From an uncultured bacterium (GTDB taxonomy: Bacteria > Desulfobacterota_D > UBA1144 > Nemesobacterales > UBA2774): a stretch of DNA of 64,000 bases. Positions 19,590 to 29,705 of the stretch are shown here, one piece after another; position 1 is the first letter of the stretch, and every line of letters begins with the position of its first letter. The stretch covers positions 2,723,248 to 2,787,247 of the forward strand of contig CAWGRW010000009.1 of NCBI GenBank assembly GCA_963825135.1. Reading direction: 5' to 3'. A program made the position numbers and the translations under genes. The notes beneath the pieces are model-generated. The model saw nothing but the letters and a program-made list of their open reading frames with translations, had not been told where the DNA came from and did not search any database.

Positions 19590-20132
19590 ATGAGATACGT
19601 ATTAAATTTGATTAGTTTTGTTATCCTTGTAATGATAGTGGGATTAGGCTCCCTGGCGCTCGGCACGGGCCGGGCCGTGGCTCAGGACTGTAAGGTATCG
19701 ATTACAAAATCGGCGTCTCCCGCGAATAACTTTACATTTGTGTTCGTTGCAACGGGGGAGAGTGGTGAGTTCACCTCCGAATTAAAGGACCCGGACTCGC
19801 CCGAAACTTCTTTCGGAATGAACGTAGGCGAAACGGAGACCGTAACGGAAGAAGATGCCAATGGATGGGCACTTGAAAGTATCGTTTGCACGGAAGGAGT
19901 AACCAACTGCGGAGGTCCGGGGGAGTTCGTCCCATGCCTCACCGCTACAGTAGACGGGAACAGCGTCACATTCGAATGCCTGGATAGTGATACGGCGTCC
20001 TGTGTTTTTACGAATGTCGTAGCGCCCTCCAACATACCGACCCTCTCCGAATGGGGGCTTATAGCCATGGCGGGAATTTTGGGCATAGCCGGATTCATGG
20101 TCGTAATGAGAAGAAGGAAGGCAGCCGCTTAA
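19590..20132 (+). CDS. IPTL-CTERM surface protein (tandem paralog)
   Basis: Same motifs; 3' end nearly identical to the upstream gene. Confidence 0.85.
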   Translation: MRYVLNLISFVILVMIVGLGSLALGTGRAVAQDCKVSITKSASPANNFTFVFVATGESGEFTSELKDPDSPETSFGMNVGETETVTEEDANGWALESIVCTEGVTNCGGPGEFVPCLTATVDGNSVTFECLDSDTASCVFTNVVAPSNIPTLSEWGLIAMAGILGIAGFMVVMRRRKAAA

Positions 20133-20175
20133 AAAAGACTATCCATATATATATACAAACTCAGGCTATACAAAT

Positions 20176-20201
20176 AAAAGGGGGCGGAAGCCCCCTTTTT
20201 T
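20176..20201. terminator. Bidirectional terminator
   Basis: aaaagggggc-ggaa-gccccctttttt. Confidence 0.8.
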
Positions 20202-20303
20202 ATTTATCCGACGTACGCATGCAGACCGGGCGAAAGGAGAGCCGTTTCCGCGCGCTCCTCATCGCAGCTCACGCGGAGTCCGTTTTTCATCGAGGCGCGG
20301 GCT

Positions 20304-20480
20304 CTATATGTCGCGTATGGCCTTCTGACACTGCTCGACAACCTCGGCGGGGATTACATCCATGCCGTGCGCTTCCTTGGCATGCTTTGCCGCCTGATTC
20401 ATGATATCCTCTGCCGTCTCCCCCTTTGCCTCGAAGTCGCAGTCAACTCCGACGTCCCTGCAGCGAAGTACTTTCGTCAT
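20304..20480 (-). CDS. DUF1059 family small metal-binding protein, 58 aa (not in ORF track)
   Basis: MTKVLRCRDVGVDCDFEAKGETAEDIMNQAAKHAKEAHGM...; C-x2-D-x-G-x2-C and H-x4-H; AAGGAG RBS. Confidence 0.85.
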   Translation of the reverse strand: MTKVLRCRDVGVDCDFEAKGETAEDIMNQAAKHAKEAHGMDVIPAEVVEQCQKAIRDI

Positions 20481-20724
20481 GATTAGTCTCCTTTGTAAAG
20501 CGTATTTTTTCGTAGTTAAGAGTATATGCTCGATAGAGGAGCGAACGCCAGCCCTTCCGGAGTATCAGCGGCAGCGGATCGGGCTCAGGCTCAGGCGTAG
20601 GGACTCCGAATAATAGCGGCCCGTCGAATCGAAAGGCGAGCGCGCTCCCGCTCATACTCATGTCCGTTGTCCTGATTTCGGACAACCGTCTATAATCCAC
20701 ACTTGCAGGTATTGTCCGTCGTTA

Positions 20725-20740
20725 TTGAAAATAATTTTCG
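20725..20740 (+). promoter_or_regulatory. Putative Fur/PerR-family box
   Basis: TTGAAAAT-A-ATTTTCG inverted repeat upstream of the DUF4405 and peroxidase genes. Confidence 0.5.
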
Positions 20741-20800
20741 GCACTGTGCTTGCACTATCTAATTGAAGGTGAAAGTTCATTCCATAAAGGGAGAGACCGG

Positions 20801-21106
20801 ATGAAAGAGGACAATACCGCAGGGTACGGACAATATTTCGGCTACTCGGTTACGGCCGCGCTCATGCTGGCGTGGATACTTGCCGCGTGGACCGGGTTCA
20901 TGCTGGGCGTCGTGCCCTATTCGCCCGGAGACGACAAGGTGACGCTCCTGCTCGGATACACGAGGGCGGAGTGGGGTATTATACATTCATGGCTGAGCGT
21001 GATTGCCGTATTCGTCACGGCCGTGGAGATAGTGATAAGCCGGAAGTTTCTCAGGGAAGGCTTAGGTTATCTTACCGAGGCCGAGAGCAAGCAGGCCGCA
21101 GACTAA
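20801..21106 (+). CDS. DUF4405-like membrane protein
   Basis: Two TM helices; TG..L...P and LLG.TR.EW..IH.W motifs. Confidence 0.6.
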   Translation: MKEDNTAGYGQYFGYSVTAALMLAWILAAWTGFMLGVVPYSPGDDKVTLLLGYTRAEWGIIHSWLSVIAVFVTAVEIVISRKFLREGLGYLTEAESKQAAD

Positions 21107-21157
21107 ACCGGGCATCACACCGTCCGCGCGGCACATTAACAATCGAGAGGTTCGAAT

Positions 21158-22231
21158 ATGAAATTAAAATCAATGATTATGATTCTGGGGGTCCTGGCGA
21201 TCATCACGCCCTGGGCCTCGCACGCGGAAGACGATATGATGAAAAAGGCGGCCGCGCTCTTCAAGCCCATACCGGCAGCCGCTCCCGAGGACAAGGAAAA
21301 CCCCGTAACACCCGAAAAGACGGAGCTCGGGAAGATGCTCTATTTCGATCCGAGGCTCTCGGCCTCCGATCTCATTAGCTGCAATACCTGTCATAACCTG
21401 GGCACGGGAGGCGTGGACCTGCAGGAAACATCCATCGGACACGCCTGGCAGAAGGGTCCGAGGAACGCGCCTACCGTGCTAAACTCCGTATTCAATATCG
21501 CTCAGTTCTGGGACGGGAGGGCCAAAGACCTCGCCGAGCAGGCCAAGGGCCCCATGCAGGCGACCGTGGAGATGAGCAACACCCCCGAGCGGGCCGTAGA
21601 GACCCTGAAGAGCATGCCCGCGTACGCGGATCATTTTAAAAGATCGTTCCCCGGAGATGCGGACCCGGTAACGTTCGACAATACGGTTAAGGCCATCGAG
21701 GCGTTTGAATCGACGCTCCTTACCCCGGATTCCCCGTTCGACAAATATATCGGCGGGGACGGCTCCGCGCTCACAGAACACCAGAAGGAAGGCCTCGCCC
21801 TGTTCGTGAACAAAGGGTGCGCCGGGTGCCACAACGGCATCAACGCGGGAGGCGGCGGGTATTTCCCGTTCGGCCTCGTGGAGAAACCCGCGGACGAGGT
21901 AAGGCCTCCGGGAGACAAGGGGCGCTTCGCCGTGACCAAGACGAAGAGCGACGAATACGTCTATAAAGTCCCCACGCTCCGCAACATTACGCTCACAGCG
22001 CCTTACTTCCATTCGGGGAAGGTGTGGGACTTAAAAGAGGCCGTTTCGATAATGGGCTCCGTACAGCTGGGGATGAAGCTCACGGAAGGGGAAGTGGACA
22101 GCATAGTCGATTTCCTCGGGGCGCTCACGGGGACGCAGCCGGAGGTAGTATATCCCGTACTTCCGCCGAGCGGCCCCGACACACCGCGCCCGGTGCTCGA
22201 TATACCGTCCACAAACGGCAAGGGACGTTAA
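21158..22231 (+). CDS. ccp: Di-heme cytochrome c peroxidase
   Basis: CNTCH and CAGCH heme motifs, G.RNAPTV.N, QFWDGRA, KVPTLRN, PYFH.G. Confidence 0.95.
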   Translation: MKLKSMIMILGVLAIITPWASHAEDDMMKKAAALFKPIPAAAPEDKENPVTPEKTELGKMLYFDPRLSASDLISCNTCHNLGTGGVDLQETSIGHAWQKGPRNAPTVLNSVFNIAQFWDGRAKDLAEQAKGPMQATVEMSNTPERAVETLKSMPAYADHFKRSFPGDADPVTFDNTVKAIEAFESTLLTPDSPFDKYIGGDGSALTEHQKEGLALFVNKGCAGCHNGINAGGGGYFPFGLVEKPADEVRPPGDKGRFAVTKTKSDEYVYKVPTLRNITLTAPYFHSGKVWDLKEAVSIMGSVQLGMKLTEGEVDSIVDFLGALTGTQPEVVYPVLPPSGPDTPRPVLDIPSTNGKGR

Positions 22232-22442
22232 GGCCCGACATTAGTCCTGTCCCGGCGAAGGGATTCTCGGTTCGTACGGGAAACCGGTAATTCCTGTTAA
22301 GAGTCTGCGCAGAGCGAATACCCTATCGCTATAACCCTAAATATCTATATAATTCTCATAGGCGTCTCTACGGAAGGCGCCGCTCACAAGGCAAGTCCCC
22401 ATAGACCACAGTGCCGACATCCACATAAACGGGAGGACAGAT

Positions 22443-23700
22443 ATGTACGAGCTATTCAATTCGGCCGCGTTCAGGGAGGCGATAGTCCAGTTCGAGAGGG
22501 CGAGCAGGCTCCTGACGGACGACGACGGACTCGAAAACAGGTTCAGGCTCCCTCAGAGGACGCTCGTAGTGAGCTGTCCAGTGCGTATGGACGACGGCAC
22601 TATAAAGGTATTCGGCGGGTACAGGGTGCAGCACAACCAGACCCTCGGGCCTTACAAGGGCGGCATACGATACCACCCGGACGTGGACATGGGGGAGGTA
22701 GCCGCGCTCGCGATGAATATGACGTGGAAGTGCGGGCTCGCGGAGCTGCCGTTCGGGGGCGCGAAGGGGGGCGTGTCGGTCGACCCGCGCACGCTGTCCC
22801 AGGGCGAGCTCGAGAGGCTCACCAGGAGGTACACGGCCGAGATACTCCCCGTAATCGGCCCGAACAAGGACATACCCGCGCCTGACCTCGGGACGAACCC
22901 CCAGGTAATGGCATGGATCATGGATACGTACAGCGTGGCGCAGGGGTACACGGTCCCCTCCGTCGTCACGGGAAAGCCGGTCATCATAGGCGGCTCGCTC
23001 GGGAGGGAGGAGGCGACGGGATACGGGGTCGCTTACGTGACCGAGGACGCGCTCAGGAGATTCAAGAGGTACTCGGACTCGATAAAGGTGGTGATTCAGG
23101 GGTTCGGGAACGTCGGGAGCCACACCGCGCACAAGCTCGACGATATGGGGATCACTGTCGTAGCCGTGAACGACGTCTACGGGGGCATATACAACCCTAA
23201 CGGACTCTCCGTCGAGGATCTGATACGAACCGTCAGGGAGAAGGGAAAGGTGAACGAGTACGTCAAACGGGGACAAGGTGACGAACGACGAGATGCTCGC
23301 GCTCGAATGCGACGTGCTCATACCGGCGGCGCTGGGGAGGGCGATAACGAAGCAGAACGCGTCCGGGCTCAAATGCGGGATGGTGGTCGAGGGGGCGAAC
23401 GGCCCGACTACGGCGGAGGCGGACGACATACTCCGGGAGAGGAACATACCCGTGATACCGGATATACTGGCAAACGCCGGGGGGCTTATCGTGTCGTATT
23501 TCGAATGGGTTCAGGGGCTCCAGGAATATTACTGGTCGAGGGAGGCCGTGCACGACGAGCTCAAGAAGCGCATGAAGAGTACGTTTATCAAGGTAGCCGA
23601 GTACGCGGAGAAAGAGGGCGTGTCGATGCGTCTCGCCGCGCTGATGCTCGGCATAAGCCACGTATCCCGGGCCAAAAAGCTCCGGGGACTTTATCCGTGA
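22443..23700 (+). pseudogene. gdhA: Glutamate dehydrogenase (Glu/Leu/Phe/Val family), +1 frameshift near 23262 (probably an assembly indel)
   Basis: GPYKGGIRYHP, FGGAKGG, DIPAPD, QGFGNVG; C-terminus (EGANGP, PDILANAGG...SYFEWVQ) lies in another frame, 23278-23700. Confidence 0.9.
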
Positions 23701-23718
23701 GGTTTATATTTGCGAAGA

Positions 23719-23807
23719 ACGGTTCTGAGCGAGCGCAAGAACCGGTCGCTGCTGGCCGATTGCAATTAAGAAAGTTACCCACGCGCCATACCAAATGAAT
23801 CCAGCAA
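23719..23807 (-). mobile_element. ~89 bp structured insert, copy C
   Basis: Hairpin cggttct/agaaccg 23720-23744; long-range tgctgg/ccagca; lies inside the left palindrome of a REP doublet. Confidence 0.6.
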
Positions 23808-23851
23808 CCGCGGCAATCTTATGAAAAAGCGAGATCGCCACGACCAAAAAG

Positions 23852-23937
23852 TTTTGGATTTAGTATCGAATTGCCATAAGGTATCGTTTCACTGGAATCA
23901 TCCAGGGGCAACCGATTCCTCGCACGCTCGAAATCGT
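23852..23937 (+). mobile_element. ~86 bp structured insert, copy B
   Basis: ttttggatt...atcatccaggggcaaccgatt...gctcgaaatcgt inside gagatcgccacg...tctcgcgatgac. Confidence 0.6.
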
Positions 23938-23993
23938 TCTCGCGATGACAAAAAAAGAGGTGTCATTGGTTCGTCACTCTGTGTCTTCAAAAT

Positions 23994-24215
23994 TCAACTA
24001 GCTTCTTCGTATTCAATATATTCCGCCATGCTTGATGGAGCGGGAACTTCAAGACCATCCTCAATTAATCCCCGAATATGAAATGGAATTGCGTCTTTCA
24101 TAAGCTGCAAGGTTTCTTCAATCGTATCGCCGACTGCCACACAGCCGGGTAAATCGGGGCAAAACGCTCCGTAGGTTCCGGTTTCGCTCCGCTCAACTAT
24201 TATTAAATATTCCAT
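23994..24215 (-). CDS. HicB family antitoxin-like protein (solo)
   Basis: Y.IIVE....GTY.A.CPDLPGC.A.G.T.EE.......AI..HI.GL.EDG..VP.P. Confidence 0.88.
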   Translation of the reverse strand: MEYLIIVERSETGTYGAFCPDLPGCVAVGDTIEETLQLMKDAIPFHIRGLIEDGLEVPAPSSMAEYIEYEEAS

Positions 24216-24323
24216 TATTTCTAGCTCTCCCCTTTCCATTAATATCCTGCCTTCACAGCGGTGTCAATCCCGACATTTCATTCTCACCTGGCGGTTCATA
24301 CATAAATAAGTCACAATCTCTAC

Positions 24324-25397
24324 ATGCCAAACAAACCCGGCACCATAACTTTAGGCATAATCGGCTGCGGGGGAGTGACCGAGACATTCCACCTGCCCTC
24401 GCTCAAATCACTGCGCAACATTGAAGTTGTCGCGATCTCGGATGTCGATAAGAAGAAATTAGACAGGCTGGCCGAAACTTTTGAAATCAGTAATCTCTAT
24501 GAAGACCCGCACGAGCTGATAAACCGCCCGGAAATAGAAGCCGTCGCCGTATGCGCCCCTTCCGAATATCACTTCGCGCTAGGTATGGCCGTGCTCAATG
24601 CGGGCAAACACCTCTTCATCGAGAAACCCGTTGCACTAAGCCTGGAAGAAAGCGGGCAGTTGATAGAAAAAGCCGGAGAGTCTTCCGTTAAGGCGTTTGT
24701 CGGATTCAATCTCCGCTGGCATCGTAATGTGAGGAAAGCGAAAGAGGTCATTGAGGAAGGGAAGCTGGGGCCTGTAAAACTGGTGCGGAGTGTAATCTCC
24801 ACGAATCATCCGATGATCACCGAATGGAGGAAAAACCGGGGGCTCGGAGGCGGGGTTATACTGGAACTCGCAATCCATCATTTCGATTTACTTAGGTATT
24901 TATTTAATTCGGAAGTGGAAGAAATCTACGCGAGGAGCGTCTCAGGAGATATACAGGACGAGGCAGCATCGGTTACGCTGAAAATGTCAAACGGCATTCT
25001 GTCGTCGTCCGTCTTTTCGTTCCGGTCAAGTCACGGAAACGAAATCGAGGTATATGGAGAGTCCGGGAGCCTGAAGATATCGCCCTACGACATCGACGGA
25101 CTCGAGATAAGGCCGAGCTCGGCCGCGCCCGGCAGATTTATTTCCATGATCGGGAGACCTTTTCATACGGTCATGCAGACAGCCGGAAACGCAGGGGCGC
25201 TCAGTCACGGAGGAATTTTCAAAGAGTCTTACTATCGCGAATGGCAAAGCTTTGCAGATTCCGTGATTTATAATAAAAATACAGAATGTAATCTGGAAGA
25301 CGGAAGGCGCTCGCTCGAAATCGCTCTCTCGGCGGTCGAATCCGTATCGACGGGCATGCCGGTAAAATTATCCAACCTGCCCGGCGAGCCCGGATAA
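24324..25397 (+). CDS. Gfo/Idh/MocA family oxidoreductase
   Basis: GIIGCG, AGKHLFIEKP, GGGVILELAIHHFD. Confidence 0.92.
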   Translation: MPNKPGTITLGIIGCGGVTETFHLPSLKSLRNIEVVAISDVDKKKLDRLAETFEISNLYEDPHELINRPEIEAVAVCAPSEYHFALGMAVLNAGKHLFIEKPVALSLEESGQLIEKAGESSVKAFVGFNLRWHRNVRKAKEVIEEGKLGPVKLVRSVISTNHPMITEWRKNRGLGGGVILELAIHHFDLLRYLFNSEVEEIYARSVSGDIQDEAASVTLKMSNGILSSSVFSFRSSHGNEIEVYGESGSLKISPYDIDGLEIRPSSAAPGRFISMIGRPFHTVMQTAGNAGALSHGGIFKESYYREWQSFADSVIYNKNTECNLEDGRRSLEIALSAVESVSTGMPVKLSNLPGEPG

Positions 25398-25477
25398 AGA
25401 AGCGGCTGATTATATTTTACAATTCTCTGTATGACTGGATATTATTTGAAAAAAAATGATCCGGAGTTTACTCAGCT

Positions 25478-26433
25478 ATGAATATTTCTAATGGTCCCGA
25501 AATGTCGGTCGTGCTAATTACTCCGGATACCTACGGGACAATAAGGAGAACCGTCGAATGCCTGAAAGCACAGACCGTCAAGGACAAACTGGAATTGGTG
25601 ATCGTCGCGCTGTCCGCGAGCGGGCCCGGAATAAGCCCGGAGGAGTCGGGGTTTTTCACGGGTTTCAGGTCGTGAAGCCCGGGGAGATAACTTCTTACGG
25701 CGAGGCATTGTCGGCGGGCGTGAGAGCCGCGTCCGCGCCTGTCGTCGCCTTCTCGGAAGACCACGTATTCCCCGACCCGCACTGGGCCGAGGCGTTGATC
25801 GGATCGCATAGGAACGGCTGGTCTGCGGTCGGGCCTGTAATATGCAACGCGAACCCGAAGAGCCCGGTCGGATGGGCGGATATCCTGATGGGCTACTCGC
25901 CGTGGCTATATCCCAACGCCGGGGGAGAAATGAATCATCTTCCCGGACACAACAGCAGTTACAAACGCGATATCCTGCTTGAATACGGCCCCGAGCTCGA
26001 CAGTTTTCTCGAAGCTGAGAGCGTTTTGCATTGGGACCTCGTCTCGAAAGGACACAAGCTCTATCTCGAGCCCGCGGCTAAAATATATCACCTGAACTTC
26101 GGCGTTTTCTCCACGTTCCTGAGCGTCAACCGTCTAATGGGACGGATGTTCGCCGCATCAAGGTGTCAGTCGTGGCCGAAGGGCAAACGATTACTCTTCG
26201 CATTCGGCTCACTGCTCATCCCCTTCGTGCGCTTTTACAGGATTTCACGGAATTATTCAGGCAGCCTCGGTCTTCTCAAATCGAAGCCGCAGGTCTGTCC
26301 GATACTGATCGCAGGGCTCTTCGTGAGCGCGTTCGGAGAGATGACGGGCTACGTCTCAGGCCCGGGCAACTCCATACAAAAAACATTCGAATACCATTTC
26401 CACCGCGACAAGCACGCAAAGAAGGAATCATAA
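25478..26433 (+). pseudogene. Glycosyltransferase family 2, -1 frameshift in a T-run near 25655
   Basis: N-terminus MSVVLIT (25478-) continues as VVAFSEDH, GHNSSYKR in ORF 25558-26433. Confidence 0.75.
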
Positions 26434-26634
26434 AAAAGCTTGAGACGCACCCTCTACCACCTCCGCCTGCATATTGGTCATGATGTTCGGCACAAGCCGC
26501 ATGCAGAGAGCGAAGAAGCACCGTATAAATTTTATTATTGAGAGGGGATGAATCTTCCGAACAGCTTAGGAATCTTATATATATATGACCTTTAACCAGC
26601 TAAACTATACAGCTTCAGAATTTATGGTGACTCC

Positions 26635-27563
26635 GTGAACGCTATCATTTCAGTAAAAAACCTGAGCAAGACATACGCGTCGGGCTTTCAGGCACTTCGG
26701 AATATCGATCTCGACATACGGAGGGGGGAGATATTCGCGCTTCTGGGTCCGAACGGCGCGGGAAAGACGACGCTCATCAGCATCATATGCGGTATTGTGA
26801 ACCCGAGCGGGGGCACGGTGCTTGCAGACGGCCACGACATCATTTCAGACTACCGCGCGGCACGCTCGAAGATAGGCCTCGTCCCCCAGGAGCTCGACGA
26901 CGGACGTATTCGAGACGGTCAGGGACACGATGAACTTCAGCCGGGGGCTCTTCGGAAAGCCGCCAGACCCGGCCCATATCGAGAAGGTCATGGGCGACCT
27001 GTCGCTCAGGGACAAGGCCGACACGAAGATACAGGCGCTCTCGGGGGGTATGAAGCGCCGCGTGCTCATCGCCAAGGCCCTCTCGCACGAGCCCACAATA
27101 CTTTTCCTCGACGAGCCGACAGCAGGAGTCGACGTCGAGCTCCGCCGCGATATGTGGGAGATGGTCAGGGCGCTCAGGGAGGACGGCGTGACCATAATAC
27201 TGACGACGCACTATATAGAAGAAGCGGAGCTCATAGCCGACCGCATAGGGATCATAAACAAGGGCGAGATTATACTCGTCGAGGACAAGACGGCGCTCAT
27301 GCGGAAGCTCGGGAAGAGGCAGCTGAAGTTATATCTCCAGAACCCGATAGCCTCTATCCCCTTCGAGCTCGGCGGTCTCGACCTCGAACTATCGGCGGAC
27401 GGGGGCGAGCTCGTATACACGTTCGACGTGCACGGAGAGGAGACGGGGATAGCGCCGCTCCTTAAACGCCTGAGCGAGCACGGGATAGATTACAGGGACA
27501 TACATTCGAGCGAGAGGCTCTCTAGAGGAGATATTCGTGAGCCTCGTCACTGAGAAACGATGA
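26635..27563 (+). pseudogene. ABC-2 ATP-binding protein (YadG-like), +1 frameshifts near 26896 and 27516
   Basis: [26 protein letters not shown]; the restored C-terminus [11 protein letters not shown] overlaps the next ATG. Confidence 0.85.
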
Positions 27564-28339
27564 ACTTCTACGCGATACGGTCGATATATATTTTTGAGAT
27601 GTCGCGCACGTGGCGGACGCTGATGCAGAGCATCGCGTCTCCCATACTCTCGACCTCGCTATATTTCGTGGTCTTCGGCGCGGCTATCGGATCGAGGGTG
27701 GGGGATATCGAAGGGGTAAGCTACGGCGCGTTCATCGTCCCCGGCCTCGCCATGCTGACTATAATGAGCGAGAGCATCTCGAACGCGTCTTTCGGCATAT
27801 ACCTGCCGAAATTCACGGGCACGATTTACGAGGTCCTCTCGGCGCCTGTCTCATACATCGAGATCCTGATCGGATACGTGGGCGCGGCCGCGACGAAATC
27901 CGTCATACTGGGCACGCTCATACTGGCCACGGCGCGCCTGTTCGTCCCCTACGGGGTCCTGCACCCGTTCTGGATGGCGGGGTTCCTCCTCCTCACCGCG
28001 GTCACGTTCAGCCTGTTCGGTTTTATAATAGGCATATGGGCGGACGGCTTTCAGAAATTACAGATAGTGCCTCTGCTGATCGTAACGCCGCTTACGTTCC
28101 TGGGGGGGAGTTTTTATTCGATATACATGCTGCCGCCTATATGGCAGAAGATCACGCTCTTTAACCCCGTCGTCTATCTCATTAGCGGGTTCAGATGGAG
28201 CCTGTACGGGGTCTCCGACGTGAACGTGGAAATAAGCCTGGGTATGACCGTTCTGTTCCTCGCCGTCTGCATCGCCGCCGTATGGTGGATATTCAGGACG
28301 GGTTACAGGATCAAGAGCTCGAGGGGGAGCCGGGCGTAA
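27560..28339 (+). CDS. ABC-2 permease (YadH-like)
   Basis: [35 protein letters not shown]. Confidence 0.9.
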   Translation: MNFYAIRSIYIFEMSRTWRTLMQSIASPILSTSLYFVVFGAAIGSRVGDIEGVSYGAFIVPGLAMLTIMSESISNASFGIYLPKFTGTIYEVLSAPVSYIEILIGYVGAAATKSVILGTLILATARLFVPYGVLHPFWMAGFLLLTAVTFSLFGFIIGIWADGFQKLQIVPLLIVTPLTFLGGSFYSIYMLPPIWQKITLFNPVVYLISGFRWSLYGVSDVNVEISLGMTVLFLAVCIAAVWWIFRTGYRIKSSRGSRA

Positions 28340-28362
28340 GTACGCATTCTCCCGATCCGCCC

Positions 28363-28893
28363 TCAATACTCCTCGGGGTCTAACTTCAGCGCCTCGTTGA
28401 ACCTGTTAATCATGTTGTATAGCGCGGCGATCATCGTAATCTCGACCACCTGGGAATCGCTCCAGTGCTTCTTTAGCTCGCCGTACACGGCGTCCGGGAT
28501 GCTGCCTGGATTTATGGTCAGCGCTTCGGCGTAACCGAGCGCCGCCTTCTCCGCGTCGCTTATGTGCGCGCTCCCCGGATCGTTCATCTCCGTAATCTCA
28601 TCGGGCGTAAAGCCCATCTTCGCGCTTATCTGCTCGTGCGCGTGGCAGCAGTACCTCGAACGATTAAGTTTCGACACCCTGAGTATGATCCTCTCCTTCA
28701 GCTTCGGGTCGAGCTCGTCCGGCTGCTGGACTGCGGCGACGAACGGGCCTATGGTGCCTAATATCGAAGGCTTGTGGGCGAGCGCCTTGTATATGTTCGT
28801 GACCTTGCCCCTCTTCTTCCGCATCCTCTCGAACGCTTCCTTTACCAGGGGATTATCCGTGGTCTCTTCTTCTATGTACTTTACCCTTGCCAT
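28363..28893 (-). CDS. Carboxymuconolactone decarboxylase/AhpD-like peroxidase family protein
   Basis: E.IILRVS.LN...YC..AH and YNM.NRFNEAL motifs. Confidence 0.85.
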   Translation of the reverse strand: MARVKYIEEETTDNPLVKEAFERMRKKRGKVTNIYKALAHKPSILGTIGPFVAAVQQPDELDPKLKERIILRVSKLNRSRYCCHAHEQISAKMGFTPDEITEMNDPGSAHISDAEKAALGYAEALTINPGSIPDAVYGELKKHWSDSQVVEITMIAALYNMINRFNEALKLDPEEY

Positions 28894-28987
28894 AATCTCA
28901 CCTCCCTTGCGTGCTATACAAGATTGTAGAACCGGGGGAGCGAGAGAGCAAGGTTTAATAATCGGGATAGGAGGGGAAAGCCAAATA

Positions 28988-29151
28988 CTAAATCCTCCCT
29001 AGCCCTCCTTTTTCTAAGGAGGGAATAAAAGATATGAAATATTATTTTCCCCCTTTCGTAAAGGGGGATTTAGGGGGATTTTAGATGACGGAGAAAGCTC
29101 CGCCCTTCGATCCTTCGACTTCGCTCAGGACAGGCTCCTGCTCAGGGTGAA
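28988..29151. repeat. REP-like palindrome cluster
   Basis: aaatcctccctagccctcctttttctaaggaggg; cccctttcgtaaaggggg; nested cttcgac..ctcagg units. Confidence 0.75.
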
Positions 29152-29240
29152 CGGGCGGCGAGTCGCCGCGGACATCTGAAATTGCCGAGGATGCCGGATT
29201 TACCGGCGGAATTGGAAGGAACCGTAGAACGAACTACGTG
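29152..29240 (+). repeat. ~90 bp dispersed repeat, family 2, copy 2
   Basis: Aligns with 10565-10654. Confidence 0.7.
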
Positions 29241-29279
29241 CGTGATTTAAAATGTTTGTATCGACGCCATGAGGGAGGG

Positions 29280-29705
29280 ATGAAAATGAACATAAAAGAT
29301 GCGATACGCTTGTCCGGGAATGCGAAGGAGGAGATAACGAGGGACCTGATCGCGTTAGGCGGCCTGCCTTTTTATTTCCTCGTCATAGTGAGGGCGTCCA
29401 TAGGCGGCTATCTCTCGTTCCTTTCTCACGTCGCGGTCGCACTGCCCGTGCTCTACCTCTTATCGAGGGCCGTGAGGGGCTCGAACCTCCATATTGCGAG
29501 GGGGTTTATCCTCGTCATTTTCACGTCCGTCTACTATAGCGCCCTCCCCTTCACGGTTTTTTCATTACTCGTTTGGTGCGGAATGATATACGCCCTCATC
29601 TATATGAAGACGGACAAAGGGGACATATTGAAGGGCATAGCGCTCGGCGTAGTGAGCGTAGCGATAAGCTATACGCTCACGCTCTTAATCATTCCCGTGA
29701 AATGA
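29280..29705 (+). CDS. Hypothetical membrane protein
   Basis: About 4-5 hydrophobic helices; GGAGG RBS. Confidence 0.7.
   Translation: MKMNIKDAIRLSGNAKEEITRDLIALGGLPFYFLVIVRASIGGYLSFLSHVAVALPVLYLLSRAVRGSNLHIARGFILVIFTSVYYSALPFTVFSLLVWCGMIYALIYMKTDKGDILKGIALGVVSVAISYTLTLLIIPVK

Noticed and set aside
23719..23937. Insert family as a hammerhead or HDV ribozyme, ZTP riboswitch, attC site or group II intron fragment
   Set aside because: Only short motif resemblances (tcctcgc, ggggcgacc, acggttctgag); required cores and element order are not conserved across copies. An Rfam search is still needed.
26450..26550. Possible sixth insert (ctgcat/atgcag stem between ccctct and agagggg)
   Set aside because: Lacks the conserved ends and the 7-bp 3' hairpin.
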